From IMG/VR virus record IMGVR_UViG_3300028558_000791, positions 62,001 to 126,000 of that record: DNA of 64,000 bases, one strand, 5' to 3'. The first letter of the stretch is position 1. Every line of letters begins with the position of its first letter. Shown one piece after another: positions 1 to 9,388 of this stretch. The translations under genes and the position numbers were made by a program. Below the pieces are notes generated by a model. That model saw nothing but the letters and a program-made list of their open reading frames with translations. It had not been told where the DNA came from and did not search any database.

Positions 1-15
1 TTGAAAATCAACTGA

Positions 16-222
16 ATGCATCCTGAGATTAGGAAATTCTGGGAAGATGCTGGCCATGTTGTACATGGCCCTTCCATTATAGATACATATGAGATATACA
101 TTGGTCCTGGTCCAGCTAGACTAATTGAAACAATTGCTCACGGCAACAAGTACCGATTTAATAAACAATGGTATTCGGAAGAGGAAGCGCTAAGGATTAT
201 CAAGCTAAAAGCTTTTCTTTAA
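16..222 (+). CDS. Hypothetical protein with C-terminal LKAFL motif
   Basis: 68-aa ORF ending EEEALRIIKLKAFL. Confidence 0.7.
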   Translation: MHPEIRKFWEDAGHVVHGPSIIDTYEIYIGPGPARLIETIAHGNKYRFNKQWYSEEEALRIIKLKAFL

Positions 223-228
223 CCTATC

Positions 229-241
229 AATAGGTGGATAT
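229..241 (+). promoter_or_regulatory. Candidate phage promoter, AATA-N6-YAT class (first of about 11 copies)
   Basis: AATAggtggaTAT lies just upstream of tRNA-Cys; the same spacing recurs upstream of other tRNA clusters and genes. Confidence 0.45.
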
Positions 242-259
242 ATAAGATACGCTATTTAA

Positions 260-335
260 GTCGTCGTACCCAAATGGTTAAGGGACGGAGCTGCAACCTC
301 CGTATGTGTCCGTTCGAATCGGACCGACGACTCCA
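260..335 (+). tRNA. tRNA-Cys(GCA)
   Basis: Acceptor GTCGTCG/CGACGAC, loop CT-GCA-AC, TTCGAAT T-loop, U73, encoded CCA. Confidence 0.95.
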
Positions 336-344
336 TACCACTAA

Positions 345-434
345 GGAGATTTGCGTGAGTGGTTGAAACGGTCACCCTGGAAAGGTGAAGGGGTCGCAAG
401 GCTCCCATGGGTTCGAATCCCATAGTCTCCTCCA
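345..434 (+). tRNA. tRNA-Ser(GGA), U73 discriminator
   Basis: Cloverleaf with long variable arm, loop CT-GGA-AA, ends TCTCC-T-CCA. Confidence 0.93.
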
Positions 435-440
435 AAACAA

Positions 441-638
441 ATGTGCTATCTATGTTTACAAGACAATCCATTTAATATCCAGGATTTATCTAAAGAAAAG
501 ATAGATATTAAGAGGAATAGAGCTAAGTTAGTTAAAGAGCTATTAGAGTTTTATTATAAAGAAGTTGTTTGTGATGATGGTAAGTTGGAGATAATAAAAC
601 TAAAAGAAGAGCAGTATAAATTATCCCGAGAGATGTAA
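441..638 (+). CDS. Hypothetical protein
   Basis: 65-aa ORF exactly filling the gap between two tRNAs. Confidence 0.5.
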   Translation: MCYLCLQDNPFNIQDLSKEKIDIKRNRAKLVKELLEFYYKEVVCDDGKLEIIKLKEEQYKLSREM

Positions 639-643
639 TATAT

Positions 644-733
644 GGAAACTTGGCCGAGTGGTTTAAGGCGCTAGTCTTGAAAACTAGAGATCTCGAAAGG
701 GGTCCGGGGGTTCGAATCCCTCAGTTTCCGCCA
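644..733 (+). tRNA. tRNA-Ser(TGA)
   Basis: Cloverleaf, long variable arm, loop CT-TGA-AA, G73-CCA. Confidence 0.95.
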
Positions 734-755
734 GATTCATTATTGAAAGATTAGA

Positions 756-1676
756 ATGAATAAGATTGCAACATTAGTAGGATGTGCCATTGGAGATGCT
801 CTTGGCAATCCATTTGAGATGTGGAGTGTCCATGAGCCCAAGCTTAAAGAGTGGGATGGTCAGTTCAAAGCTGGCGGTACTTTCTGGGTAGGAGAGGCCG
901 GACAATATACCGATGATACCCTAATGAGCCTTGCTTTGTCATATTCTTTGCTTGAGAAGAGCGGATTCGATCAAGAGCACGTAGGTCTTCAGTACTTGGC
1001 TTGGATGGAGTCTGGTAACACTCGCGGTATTGGCGGGACTACTCACAGAGCTTTGACACGAATGAAGAACGGAGCATCCGCTCTTGAGAGTGGTGTTACC
1101 CATAACGATGGCAAGCCTGCCTCTGGTAATGGAACTGCTATGAGAGCCACACCAATTGGCCTCTGGTACCGTAAAGATATCGGCAAGTTGATTGAGGTTG
1201 CAATGGCGGACGCATCCATCACTCATAATTCATTTGAACCCAAGATGGGTTCTGTGGCGGTTGCACTAGGTACTGCATTGATTGCTAATGGTGCAACTGA
1301 CATGATTGAGGTCTTAGAAGAGGTAGCTGAGGTAATCTCTGAATCTATTGTCAAAGAGAAGTTAGTATTGGCCTTAACCCATCTAAAACTGGGTACCGAA
1401 CATTTTGAGGCCCTTGCGCAGATCGGCGTCAATGGCTATGTTCCAGAGACGGTTGGCGCGGCATTCTATTGTTTAGGGGCCAACGCAAACTATAGAGATA
1501 CTGTAGTGTTAGCTGTCAAGGCTGGCGGAGATACTGATACCACTGCGGCGATTGCTGGTGGCATGGCTGGTACTTTATACGGACTTGATGGTATTCCATT
1601 AGAATATAAGGATAAAGTAGAGAATTTCGAGTTATTGCAATCATTGACTGATGAACTTGTCAATAATGAGATATAA
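756..1676 (+). CDS. ADP-ribosylglycohydrolase (ARH3/DraG family), copy 1
   Basis: GCAIGDALG, YTDDT, GNGTAMR, GGDTDTTAAIAGGMAG metal-binding motifs. Confidence 0.92.
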   Translation: MNKIATLVGCAIGDALGNPFEMWSVHEPKLKEWDGQFKAGGTFWVGEAGQYTDDTLMSLALSYSLLEKSGFDQEHVGLQYLAWMESGNTRGIGGTTHRALTRMKNGASALESGVTHNDGKPASGNGTAMRATPIGLWYRKDIGKLIEVAMADASITHNSFEPKMGSVAVALGTALIANGATDMIEVLEEVAEVISESIVKEKLVLALTHLKLGTEHFEALAQIGVNGYVPETVGAAFYCLGANANYRDTVVLAVKAGGDTDTTAAIAGGMAGTLYGLDGIPLEYKDKVENFELLQSLTDELVNNEI

Positions 1677-1691
1677 TAGTTAGCATAACAC

Positions 1692-1781
1692 GGAGAGTTG
1701 TCCGAGTGGTCTATGGTGAGAGTTTGCTAAACTCTTGGGGTCGAAAGGCCCCCACAGGTTCGAATCCTGTACTCTCCGCCA
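1692..1781 (+). tRNA. tRNA-Ser(GCT)
   Basis: Cloverleaf, long variable arm, loop TT-GCT-AA, G73-CCA. Confidence 0.95.
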
Positions 1782-1792
1782 CACTGTGTTAA

Positions 1793-1883
1793 GGAATAGT
1801 GCGTGAGTCCGGCTGAAACGGTCTGTCTCGAAAACAGAAGCTCCTTATGGGAGCCAGGGGTTCAAATCCCTTCTATTCCTCCA
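1793..1883 (+). tRNA. tRNA-Ser(CGA), U73 discriminator
   Basis: Cloverleaf, long variable arm, loop CT-CGA-AA, ends ATTCC-T-CCA. Confidence 0.92.
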
Positions 1884-1890
1884 ACAATAC

Positions 1891-1961
1891 AGGGTCGAGT
1901 ATAGGATACAACGGAGCCTCCAAAACTCCGGAAGAGGGTTCAATTCCCTCCGGCCCTGCCA
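1891..1961 (+). tRNA. tRNA-Trp(CCA)
   Basis: Acceptor AGGGTCG/CGGCCCT, loop CT-CCA-AA, G73-CCA. Confidence 0.92.
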
Positions 1962-1984
1962 ACTATTATAGAATTGGTTATTAC

Positions 1985-2236
1985 ATGAAAAGGTGCGCTG
2001 CTATTCTTGAGAAGAATCAAGAAACTGGCAAGGAAGACTGGCGTTTCTATCACAGCCCTACCATTGGCGACATTCGCAGACTTCGGCAAAGGGGCGCTAT
2101 CATAATGCGCCAACTCGTTGAGCGTCACGGGAATGAAGTACATAAGCGTTGGGTAACTGACTCGGGAGTAGTAGTGGTTCATAGTACCGACTACTTATCC
2201 TATGAACAACAAAGGAGACTCAACGATGGATATTAA
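1985..2236 (+). CDS. Hypothetical protein
   Basis: 3' part of track ORF 1847..2236; start moved to the first ATG after tRNA-Trp. Confidence 0.55.
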   Translation: MKRCAAILEKNQETGKEDWRFYHSPTIGDIRRLRQRGAIIMRQLVERHGNEVHKRWVTDSGVVVVHSTDYLSYEQQRRLNDGY

Positions 2237-2774
2237 TGAAGGCATGGAGTATCTTAGAAATCTCTACAAGGACAAAGAGTGGTTTCATTCTGTTGGACTT
2301 GAAAAGTATGGACGTATCGTAGTATACATTCACCACTCGACTCATGAGACACTTCATGACATTCCAGACAGCGTAGCTAATAAGCAGGTGCTTGTGCACT
2401 TTGCCGGCAGTTTGTTTTTGGACAAAGACAAGTATGTCAATCGACCGGGGCCTACTACCTATCCTATGTTGGAGCTTGAAGGTGCAGCCCGCCGTGCTGA
2501 TGCTGATGGTGGGCCTGACGTTCCGGTTGATATGCTTGATGAAGCAGTTGGTGCCCAAGCAGAAGAGTTGAGCATGCGATATCTGGAGACTGAACTGTTT
2601 AGGCTTGAGAAGGCTTGTGGCAGCAATACTCTTCAAGATATCTTCTATGAGATTAAGGATGCACGGAACGCCGTGACTAATCTGTCAGCTCGTTATCCTG
2701 ATGTACGCAAGTCTCTTGAGAAACTGTATGAACAGTACGGCTTCGATGTCATCTACGAGAACTTGGATGGTTGA
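2226..2774 (+). CDS. Hypothetical protein
   Basis: ORF with GGAG SD upstream of ATG 2226, overlapping the previous stop. Confidence 0.75.
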   Translation: MDINEGMEYLRNLYKDKEWFHSVGLEKYGRIVVYIHHSTHETLHDIPDSVANKQVLVHFAGSLFLDKDKYVNRPGPTTYPMLELEGAARRADADGGPDVPVDMLDEAVGAQAEELSMRYLETELFRLEKACGSNTLQDIFYEIKDARNAVTNLSARYPDVRKSLEKLYEQYGFDVIYENLDG

Positions 2775-2775
2775 T

Positions 2776-2937
2776 ATGGCCGAGAATGAAGACGTTGAGA
2801 GAATGAAGAAGGCATTAGAGGATATCTATAAGAATGCTGATGAAGATATGCCAAACCATAATTCAGCAAGCATTCTGATGACACTACGATGGATTAAGAA
2901 ACTTGCTAAGCGAGGTCTTGGCGAGTCTGACGATTGA
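2776..2937 (+). CDS. Hypothetical protein
   Basis: ATG one base after the previous stop; helical, charged. Confidence 0.5.
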   Translation: MAENEDVERMKKALEDIYKNADEDMPNHNSASILMTLRWIKKLAKRGLGESDD

Positions 2938-2944
2938 GGTTATT

Positions 2945-3277
2945 ATGTCTAGCGGCAAGAAAGCAATTAGAAAGTATTTCCGTGACGCATGTTACAAGCG
3001 TGACGGCTTTCGTTGCGCTATGTGTAATATGAAATCTTCCAAGGACACGGCCGAGGAAGAACTTGACGCTCATCACATAACCGATAGAAACTTACTTCCA
3101 AATGGTGGGTATGTAAAAGAGAATGGAATCTCCCTGTGTCCAACCTGCCATGAGAAGGCAGAAGTCTACCATTCGACAGGTACAGCAGTGGAGGGATTTG
3201 CCCCGGACGATCTGTACAAGAAAATCAATTCTACTTATGAAAAGGCAGTTGAAGCTAGCAATAAATTGAGTTCCTGA
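2945..3277 (+). CDS. HNH endonuclease
   Basis: CAMC...LDAHHI...NGISLCPTCH zinc/HNH pattern. Confidence 0.8.
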   Translation: MSSGKKAIRKYFRDACYKRDGFRCAMCNMKSSKDTAEEELDAHHITDRNLLPNGGYVKENGISLCPTCHEKAEVYHSTGTAVEGFAPDDLYKKINSTYEKAVEASNKLSS

Positions 3278-3389
3278 TATATGCTATAATGGGTGCGTTC
3301 TTCTAATAAGTTCGCATTAGACAATAGCCTATAACCTTTAGGAGGTACTCGGTTCTTTGAAATTACTTTAACGCAATAACTTTTCATAA

Positions 3390-3761
3390 ATGGAGTTTAA
3401 AATGACTCTTAACGAATTTGAATCTCTCGCCGTAATTGAAACAACAACCTCAGAAGAGAAGGATGATGAATTCAGCATCCCTCTAGATATCTCAGATATC
3501 ATCAGCATTTGCAGAGATTTTAATAATCTCGGTTGGCAAATTCAGCAACAAGTAGAGAATATACTAGAAGTCGGTGTGGAAGAGTCTATTAAAAGCGGTA
3601 ATGTCAAGAAAGAATCGTTGCCTCAGGTCAAGCATTTCTTACGCAGCATTTGTAAAAACGCTTACTTCGGAGACGCAGTAAGTCAAGCACAAGATTGTAT
3701 TAGACTTATTCAAGACTATGAAGAGAAGTATCAACTGAGATACGCATCTAACTACAACTAA
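3390..3761 (+). CDS. Hypothetical protein
   Basis: 123-aa ORF. Confidence 0.7.
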   Translation: MEFKMTLNEFESLAVIETTTSEEKDDEFSIPLDISDIISICRDFNNLGWQIQQQVENILEVGVEESIKSGNVKKESLPQVKHFLRSICKNAYFGDAVSQAQDCIRLIQDYEEKYQLRYASNYN

Positions 3762-3771
3762 CACTTAACAT

Positions 3772-3793
3772 TCGGGGGCGTAACAGCCCCCGA
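3772..3793. other. Strong GC hairpin (terminator-like, no clear U-tract)
   Basis: TCGGGGGC-gtaaca-GCCCCCGA in the intergenic gap. Confidence 0.6.
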
Positions 3794-3806
3794 GTCATTT
3801 CTACCT

Positions 3807-4223
3807 ATGGACAACACGTTAGATAAAGAAGAGAACGCGAAGAACATTTATGTTATCCGACATAAGCTAGGTAATCTCAGACCATGTCTTGGTCGTGGTG
3901 ATCGTTGGGAATACAAAGTAGGTAACTTCAATGTCGTCATGTTTGCATATGACATTGGTGATGTCCCGCCCCAAACAGATTCCATTCTTCGTTTTGAAAA
4001 AGTTGACGTAATTCTGAATGAATTTACTAAAGATGGAACAGCATCCAGCGTCTCTCTAAGGGACGACCCGCGCCTCAAAAACTACGAACCCATTCGATAT
4101 AATGTAATTGAATCTCCGGGTGGTAGAATCAACTTAAGTAATGGAGATGGGATGCCCATCCTTCATGTGTGTGAGCTTATTCGTTATCTTCATCGCCTAT
4201 CTAATCTAACAGCATTCATGTAA
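3807..4223 (+). CDS. Hypothetical protein with C-terminal NLTAFM motif
   Basis: 138-aa ORF ending LHRLSNLTAFM. Confidence 0.75.
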   Translation: MDNTLDKEENAKNIYVIRHKLGNLRPCLGRGDRWEYKVGNFNVVMFAYDIGDVPPQTDSILRFEKVDVILNEFTKDGTASSVSLRDDPRLKNYEPIRYNVIESPGGRINLSNGDGMPILHVCELIRYLHRLSNLTAFM

Positions 4224-4234
4224 AGAGGTGTGTC

Positions 4235-4417
4235 ATGGAAAAGGAAGATTTGCTGGATCTCAAGGAACTCATTACAGAGTACGGGGCAAAGGAAGCATTG
4301 AAGGTTTTTCGTTTGGCATGTAGTGAAGTAGCCGACGATTACTCTGACCTGGGACTAAACGAACGTGCCCGAGAAGCGGCCGAGGTGGCTGACCTCTTGA
4401 GCAAGGTCTACATGTGA
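4235..4417 (+). CDS. Hypothetical protein
   Basis: 60-aa ORF with GAGG SD. Confidence 0.6.
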   Translation: MEKEDLLDLKELITEYGAKEALKVFRLACSEVADDYSDLGLNERAREAAEVADLLSKVYM

Positions 4418-4429
4418 TATAGTATTAGC

Positions 4430-4969
4430 ATGATTGCAATTCTCATCACAGCGTTTGTCGCTTTCTTCGCCTCTAGCCTTTTTGGTTATGTAGTCCATCG
4501 ATCACTCCATCAGAAATGGACTGGTCGTCTCAATCAGAAACATATGACGCATCATCTTATCCTGTATCCTCCGTCTAACTATCTGTCAGACAAGTACAGA
4601 CAGGCTGGTGTGGATAATACAGTTTTTACTTTCGCAATAGCAGCTATACCTTTGGTAGCAATCCCTCTCTTCTTAGGAGCCTTAGGGATTCTTTCATTAC
4701 CATCAGTTGTTACCGCTGTGATAGTAATGGGTCTCATGGGAGTTCTTCATGACCAACTTCATGATGCTTTCCATATCAAAAATCATTTTCTTAATCGAAT
4801 TCCGGGAGTTAGGAATATCTTTGCATACTGGAACCGACTGCACTATCTACATCACGTAGATATGCAGAAGAACTTCGGAATTTTCTTATTCCATTGGGAC
4901 CATGTATTCAAAACATATTGGAAGAACGATGGAAGAGAAGATATATACGTGCCGAACCGAAGAGATTAG
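4430..4969 (+). CDS. Membrane di-iron hydroxylase (fatty-acid hydroxylase/sterol desaturase/CrtZ superfamily)
   Basis: TM helices plus His boxes HRSLH, HMTHH, HDQLHDAFH, LHYLHH, and KNFGI. Confidence 0.8.
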   Translation: MIAILITAFVAFFASSLFGYVVHRSLHQKWTGRLNQKHMTHHLILYPPSNYLSDKYRQAGVDNTVFTFAIAAIPLVAIPLFLGALGILSLPSVVTAVIVMGLMGVLHDQLHDAFHIKNHFLNRIPGVRNIFAYWNRLHYLHHVDMQKNFGIFLFHWDHVFKTYWKNDGREDIYVPNRRD

Positions 4970-5165
4970 CGGCACAACCTACCGTTTCTATCTTTATCTA
5001 AAAGATGAAACTAAGTGGCGCTTAAGTGGAAGCTATCAATCAAGAGAAGAGGTTGATAGTTACGTGGAACGAATGATGAAAGCTCATCCTGAATATAGGA
5101 TTGAGATTACAGAACACCCTTGGACAAACAACGTCTGCATAGAATGTGGAAGAGAGGAGTATTAA
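4929..5165 (+). CDS. Hypothetical protein
   Basis: ORF ending in a CxxC (CIECG). Confidence 0.55.
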   Translation: MEEKIYTCRTEEISGTTYRFYLYLKDETKWRLSGSYQSREEVDSYVERMMKAHPEYRIEITEHPWTNNVCIECGREEY

Positions 5166-5252
5166 TATGTTAACAAATGTAATTTCAGATCGGATCATTT
5201 CCAATGATTCCGGCGTTGGCGTAGATACTCTACTCCACCTCAGCACCGTTAT

Positions 5253-5281
5253 TTGACAAGGCGCCATTAGCATAATAGTTT
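5253..5281 (+). promoter_or_regulatory. Sigma70-like promoter for fusA
   Basis: TTGACA-N17-TAGTTT. Confidence 0.6.
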
Positions 5282-5285
5282 AGCG

Positions 5286-5376
5286 AAGGATCGCCTCGTC
5301 TTTGGACGCATACCGTACTGGTATGCCATCCGTTTAGATTTGAATGGGCTAATCCTTTAGCTCAAAGGAAACTGTT
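5286..5376 (+). promoter_or_regulatory. Structured 5' leader of fusA, possible translational switch
   Basis: AAGGAT(5286-91)/ATCCTT(5352-57) closes three hairpins; the alternative CCTTT-agctc-AAAGG hairpin covers the SD. Confidence 0.5.
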
Positions 5377-7470
5377 ATGAAGCACGTTAGCATTGATAGA
5401 TATCGCAACATCGGGATTATGGCTCACATTGACGCGGGCAAAACCACTGTAAGCGAACGCATCTTGTTCTATGCCGGTCTCATCCATACAATGGGTGAAG
5501 TACACGATGGTGACACTGTTATGGATGATGATCCGCGTGAGAAGACTCGCGGCATCACTATCAACTCAGCCGCTACCACTTTGTACTGGAAAGGTTCGGA
5601 TAACTCCCAGCCCGACCATCGCATCAACTTAATTGACACTCCAGGTCACATTGACTTCACTGTCGAAGTGGAAAGGTCTCTCCGTGTTCTTGACGGCGCT
5701 GTCTGTGTATTAGACGGCTCCCAAGGCGTTGAGCCTCAGACTGAACAGGTATGGCGTCAAGCTGACCGCTACAACGTAGCTCGTATCTGTTTTGTCAACA
5801 AGATGGATAAGACTGGCGCTAACTTCAATATGTCCGTTGATTCTCTTCGTGAGAAGCTAGGAGTCAAGGTCGTTCCTATTCAACTCCCTTATGGAGAAGA
5901 GGAACAGTTCCATGGCATCATTGACCTTATCAACATGAGAGTCGTTAGGTTTGATGAATCTACCAAGGGTAAGTCATTTTCATTCATGACTATGGACTAC
6001 CTTCCCGATAGCTTGATGAGCCACGTTCATCGAGCCAGGGAGCGTATGCTTGAAGCCCTAGCTGATGTCAGCGACTCCATCATGGAGAAATTCTTAGACG
6101 GCAGACTCAATGATATCTCTATTGAAGAGATTCATGCGGCTCTCCGTAAAGGAACTATCTCTCGCACTCTCTTCCCAGTTCTTTGCGGCTCTGCCCTAAA
6201 GAACAAGGGAGTACAGATGCTCCTTGATGCGGTCTTGGCCTATCTACCATCTCCAGTTGACTTGCCTCCTGTGTCTGGAATCAATCCAGATAACAAAGAG
6301 CAAGTTACTCGTCGCTTGGTAGATGAGGAACCATTGTCTGCTTTGGCATTCAAAATCATTAGCGAAGACACTGGCAACCTAACCTTTATTCGAGTTTACT
6401 CGGGTGTCCTACGTTCTGGCTCTTATGTGTATAACATAAGTCGCGGACAGAAGGAACGCGTCTCCCGTCTTGTACTTATGCACGCAAGTGATAGGCAGAA
6501 GATTGAAGAGGCAAGGGCGGGTGACATTGTTGCCGCTATTGGCTTGAAGACTACATATACTGGTGACACGCTGTGTGATGAGAAGTCTCCTATCATCTTA
6601 GAGAAGATGGACTTCCCTGATCCAGTAGTCGAGCTTTCTATTGAGCCGAAGACCTCGGCTGACTATGATAAGCTAGCTGTTGCTTTACAGAAGATGTTGC
6701 TTGAAGACCCAAGCCTCAAGGCTTATACTGACCCAGATACCTCTCAGACTATTCTGAAGGGTATGGGTGAGCTTCACCTTGAGATTGTAGTTGATAAGCT
6801 TCGTACTGACCGTGGAGTTGGTGTAACGACTGGACAACCTCGTGTTTCCTATCGTGAGACCATTACCAAGGAAGGTCATGCGGACTATAAACACAAAGCC
6901 CAGAATGGTGGCAAAGGTGTCTATGGTCATGCTGTCATCAAGGTAAAGCCAGGTGCTAGAGGCTCAGGCTTCGTCTTCCATGACGAAGTAGTAGGCGGCA
7001 GAATCCCAAGAGAGTTTATTCCATCTGTGGAGAAAGGCATCAAGAATGCCCTTCAAAACGGAATCTACTCTGGCAATCCAACGGTTGACATCGAGGTTAC
7101 CCTCATAGATGGTAGCACTCATGCAGTCGATGGTTGCGCCTTTGGATTCGAACTAGCTGGTTCAAAAGCTATCCAAGAAGCTGTCAATGCTGCGGGTCCA
7201 ACTGTGTTGGAGCCAATCATGGCAGTGGAAGTGGTAGCGCCTGAGGAGTATATGGGTGATGTTATTGGTGTCTTGTCTGCCCGTGCAGGCCAGATTACTA
7301 ATACATTGAGTCGTGGTAATGCTAGAGTCGTACAGGCTAACGTGCCATTGAGAAGCCTTTTCGGGATCACTACTGACCTCCGAGGAAGGACTCAAGGTCG
7401 TGCTGTACCTAGTATGGTCTTCTCTCATTACGATACTTGTTCCTTGAAACCATCGGAGCTTGATAAGTGA
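5377..7470 (+). CDS. fusA: Elongation factor G
   Basis: AHIDAGKTT, RGITI, DTPGHIDF, NKMD, GSAL, MGELHLEI, YRETI, LEPIMAVEV; five-domain length (697 aa). Confidence 0.97.
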   Translation: MKHVSIDRYRNIGIMAHIDAGKTTVSERILFYAGLIHTMGEVHDGDTVMDDDPREKTRGITINSAATTLYWKGSDNSQPDHRINLIDTPGHIDFTVEVERSLRVLDGAVCVLDGSQGVEPQTEQVWRQADRYNVARICFVNKMDKTGANFNMSVDSLREKLGVKVVPIQLPYGEEEQFHGIIDLINMRVVRFDESTKGKSFSFMTMDYLPDSLMSHVHRARERMLEALADVSDSIMEKFLDGRLNDISIEEIHAALRKGTISRTLFPVLCGSALKNKGVQMLLDAVLAYLPSPVDLPPVSGINPDNKEQVTRRLVDEEPLSALAFKIISEDTGNLTFIRVYSGVLRSGSYVYNISRGQKERVSRLVLMHASDRQKIEEARAGDIVAAIGLKTTYTGDTLCDEKSPIILEKMDFPDPVVELSIEPKTSADYDKLAVALQKMLLEDPSLKAYTDPDTSQTILKGMGELHLEIVVDKLRTDRGVGVTTGQPRVSYRETITKEGHADYKHKAQNGGKGVYGHAVIKVKPGARGSGFVFHDEVVGGRIPREFIPSVEKGIKNALQNGIYSGNPTVDIEVTLIDGSTHAVDGCAFGFELAGSKAIQEAVNAAGPTVLEPIMAVEVVAPEEYMGDVIGVLSARAGQITNTLSRGNARVVQANVPLRSLFGITTDLRGRTQGRAVPSMVFSHYDTCSLKPSELDK

Positions 7471-7700
7471 GTGAGGAGAAGGAACTGAAGGGGAAATTCG
7501 TCAAAGTTGCTAAGGCCGATGGGTCTCAGGACTTTGACGAATCCTTTTGGGAAATATGGGACGGCGACTATTTACTATTCAAAAAGTCTGTCAAAGAACT
7601 TTGTAATGAGATTCGTTGGCTAGATTATGAAATGATTTTCTGTCCGGAGTTTGGTAAGTTGCTTTTGAAAAGAGCAAAGAAGTTGAAAGCGTTCTGGTAA
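7467..7700 (+). CDS. Hypothetical protein with C-terminal LKAFW motif
   Basis: GTG start overlapping the fusA stop; ends KRAKKLKAFW. Confidence 0.7.
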   Translation: MSEEKELKGKFVKVAKADGSQDFDESFWEIWDGDYLLFKKSVKELCNEIRWLDYEMIFCPEFGKLLLKRAKKLKAFW

Positions 7701-8458
7701 TGATTCTAATAACACAGCAAAGAGTTGGTCAGGCACACGGGGAAATCCTAGCTATGCAGATAGCGGCCAGGGAGATGGGTTGGGAAGTCCTCACCGCGCC
7801 CTCTGGCTGGCGTTTAGAGGACGATTTGATCAAGTCAGGCGTCAAGGGCGTACCCTATGGCTCCCAGACCTTCTGTGAGGTTATAGCGCAGCAGATGGGC
7901 TGGACTTTGAAGCAGAACAGTTTTGACTGGCTCTCTAAGCTTCACCCTGCCTATTTGAAGCGTCAAGTTGACTTTATGACCCTTGGCGAAGCCAAGAAGC
8001 TTAAGGAGACTAAGTTCATCAAGCCGGCGGATGATAAGGTCTTTCAGTGCGGAGTCTATACTCCTGGTACCCTTATCACGCCTGAGGTAGTCCCAGACGA
8101 TACTCCTACCCTTGTCTCAGAGGTAGTTGAATGGGACTTGGAGTATCGTACCTTTGTTGACAAGAGGGTAAGGACCTGGTCTAATTATATCTTTTTCGAT
8201 CATATTGCTGACCATAGGTTCTGGAATATGGTTCCGCTTGAAGAGGAGCGGTACCCTCATGACTTCGTAAATGATTTACTTCATGACATGGAGTATCATG
8301 ACATGGGCGACCTCATCACGGTCCCCAGCGTTATAGATGTTGGTAGAATCAAAGGAAAGGGTTGGGCCATTATTGAGACCAACCAAGCTTGGGCTTCTGG
8401 TCTTTATGGCTGTGGACCTATGCAAGTCCTAAAAGTATTGGAGCAAAGCTGTGTCTGA
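7700..8458 (+). CDS. ATP-grasp protein (R2K/DUF4343-like), copy 1
   Basis: KFIKPADDKVF, EYRTFV, VIDVG...WAIIETN...SGLYGC. Confidence 0.75.
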   Translation: MILITQQRVGQAHGEILAMQIAAREMGWEVLTAPSGWRLEDDLIKSGVKGVPYGSQTFCEVIAQQMGWTLKQNSFDWLSKLHPAYLKRQVDFMTLGEAKKLKETKFIKPADDKVFQCGVYTPGTLITPEVVPDDTPTLVSEVVEWDLEYRTFVDKRVRTWSNYIFFDHIADHRFWNMVPLEEERYPHDFVNDLLHDMEYHDMGDLITVPSVIDVGRIKGKGWAIIETNQAWASGLYGCGPMQVLKVLEQSCV

Positions 8459-8954
8459 TAGAGAAGATTTATCTGCTGAGTTGTTTACAGTAGTGTGTGA
8501 TGGTTGCCAGAATGTTTTCCCTGCGGAAGATGGGAAGTGCACTTGTGGCTTGTCTAAGGGTCAACTCAAACTTGACATCGATAAGATGTTGAATAGAGTC
8601 TATGATAGACATGCTCAAGGTAAAGAGGCTGGCGCAATTGATGTCATCTTCGATGTCTTCTGGCAACTACATAACAAGTGGGACATCATGAACGAAATCC
8701 TAACCAAGGCTGATGTCTCTAAACTAGACGGCAGCTTGTTGGTTGGCTTCATGGTTCAGACTTTCAAGTACATCAAGCAGGTCCCGGCCCATTTGGATTT
8801 CTGTGACAGGGCTGCTGCACGAATGAAAGATATGGGATACGATGATGAACGTATCCATGATTTGGTGGATAACTATCGTGAGACTGGAGATTACTGGGAA
8901 AGCATGAAGGCTTATGGCGCCCCCGAATGGTTAAGCGGTCCTAAGCCTGAATAA
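8451..8954 (+). CDS. Hypothetical protein
   Basis: 167-aa ORF with N-terminal CxxC...CxC. Confidence 0.7.
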   Translation: MSDREDLSAELFTVVCDGCQNVFPAEDGKCTCGLSKGQLKLDIDKMLNRVYDRHAQGKEAGAIDVIFDVFWQLHNKWDIMNEILTKADVSKLDGSLLVGFMVQTFKYIKQVPAHLDFCDRAAARMKDMGYDDERIHDLVDNYRETGDYWESMKAYGAPEWLSGPKPE

Positions 8955-8968
8955 TATCTCATCAGGTT

Positions 8969-9388
8969 ATGAGCAACCTACTAATTTTTCTTTGCATTCT
9001 ATTGTGGGGAATCAGCTCGTTCCTCAATAGATTATCTGTCGAGCGCATGCCTCCACTGTTGATGCAAGTCATAGTGGGATCAGTTTTCTTTTTCTATATT
9101 CCAGTAGCCCTAAAGCTAACTGGAGTAAACAATCCGCTCCACTACAAGTGGTCGTGGTACAGTGTTACCTTAACTACTATTGCAACACTATGTTCTATCT
9201 CGGCTAACATTTTACTATACACCAGTATAAAGGGCAGCAATACATCCGGATCATCTACTATGATGGTCTCTTTGTATCCAATAGTAACTTTTATATTATC
9301 CATCTTCATATTACATGAGCAGTTCTCAATGATGAAGATAATTGGCGTAATAGTAATGTTAGCTGGCGCTTACCTAATGACGAAGTAA
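8969..9388 (+). CDS. EamA/DMT-family small membrane transporter
   Basis: Four to five TM helices; LYPIVTFILSIFILHEQFS...IIGVIV pattern. Confidence 0.8.
   Translation: MSNLLIFLCILLWGISSFLNRLSVERMPPLLMQVIVGSVFFFYIPVALKLTGVNNPLHYKWSWYSVTLTTIATLCSISANILLYTSIKGSNTSGSSTMMVSLYPIVTFILSIFILHEQFSMMKIIGVIVMLAGAYLMTK

Noticed and set aside
256-471. ORFs overlapping tRNA genes (256-471, 5' part of 1847-2236, 10899-11111, 13781-14155, 14642-14878, 61345-61773, 61557-61790, 61701-61895, 5' part of 61792-62304)
   Set aside because: Their translations are the typical read-through of tRNA sequence (for example GFEP, GIEP, GLEP); the tRNA cloverleaves explain the DNA.
3278-3389. Possible ncRNA in the 110-nt gap after the first HNH gene
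   Set aside because: Only weak, short pairings were found; the gap is adequately explained as promoter/UTR sequence.
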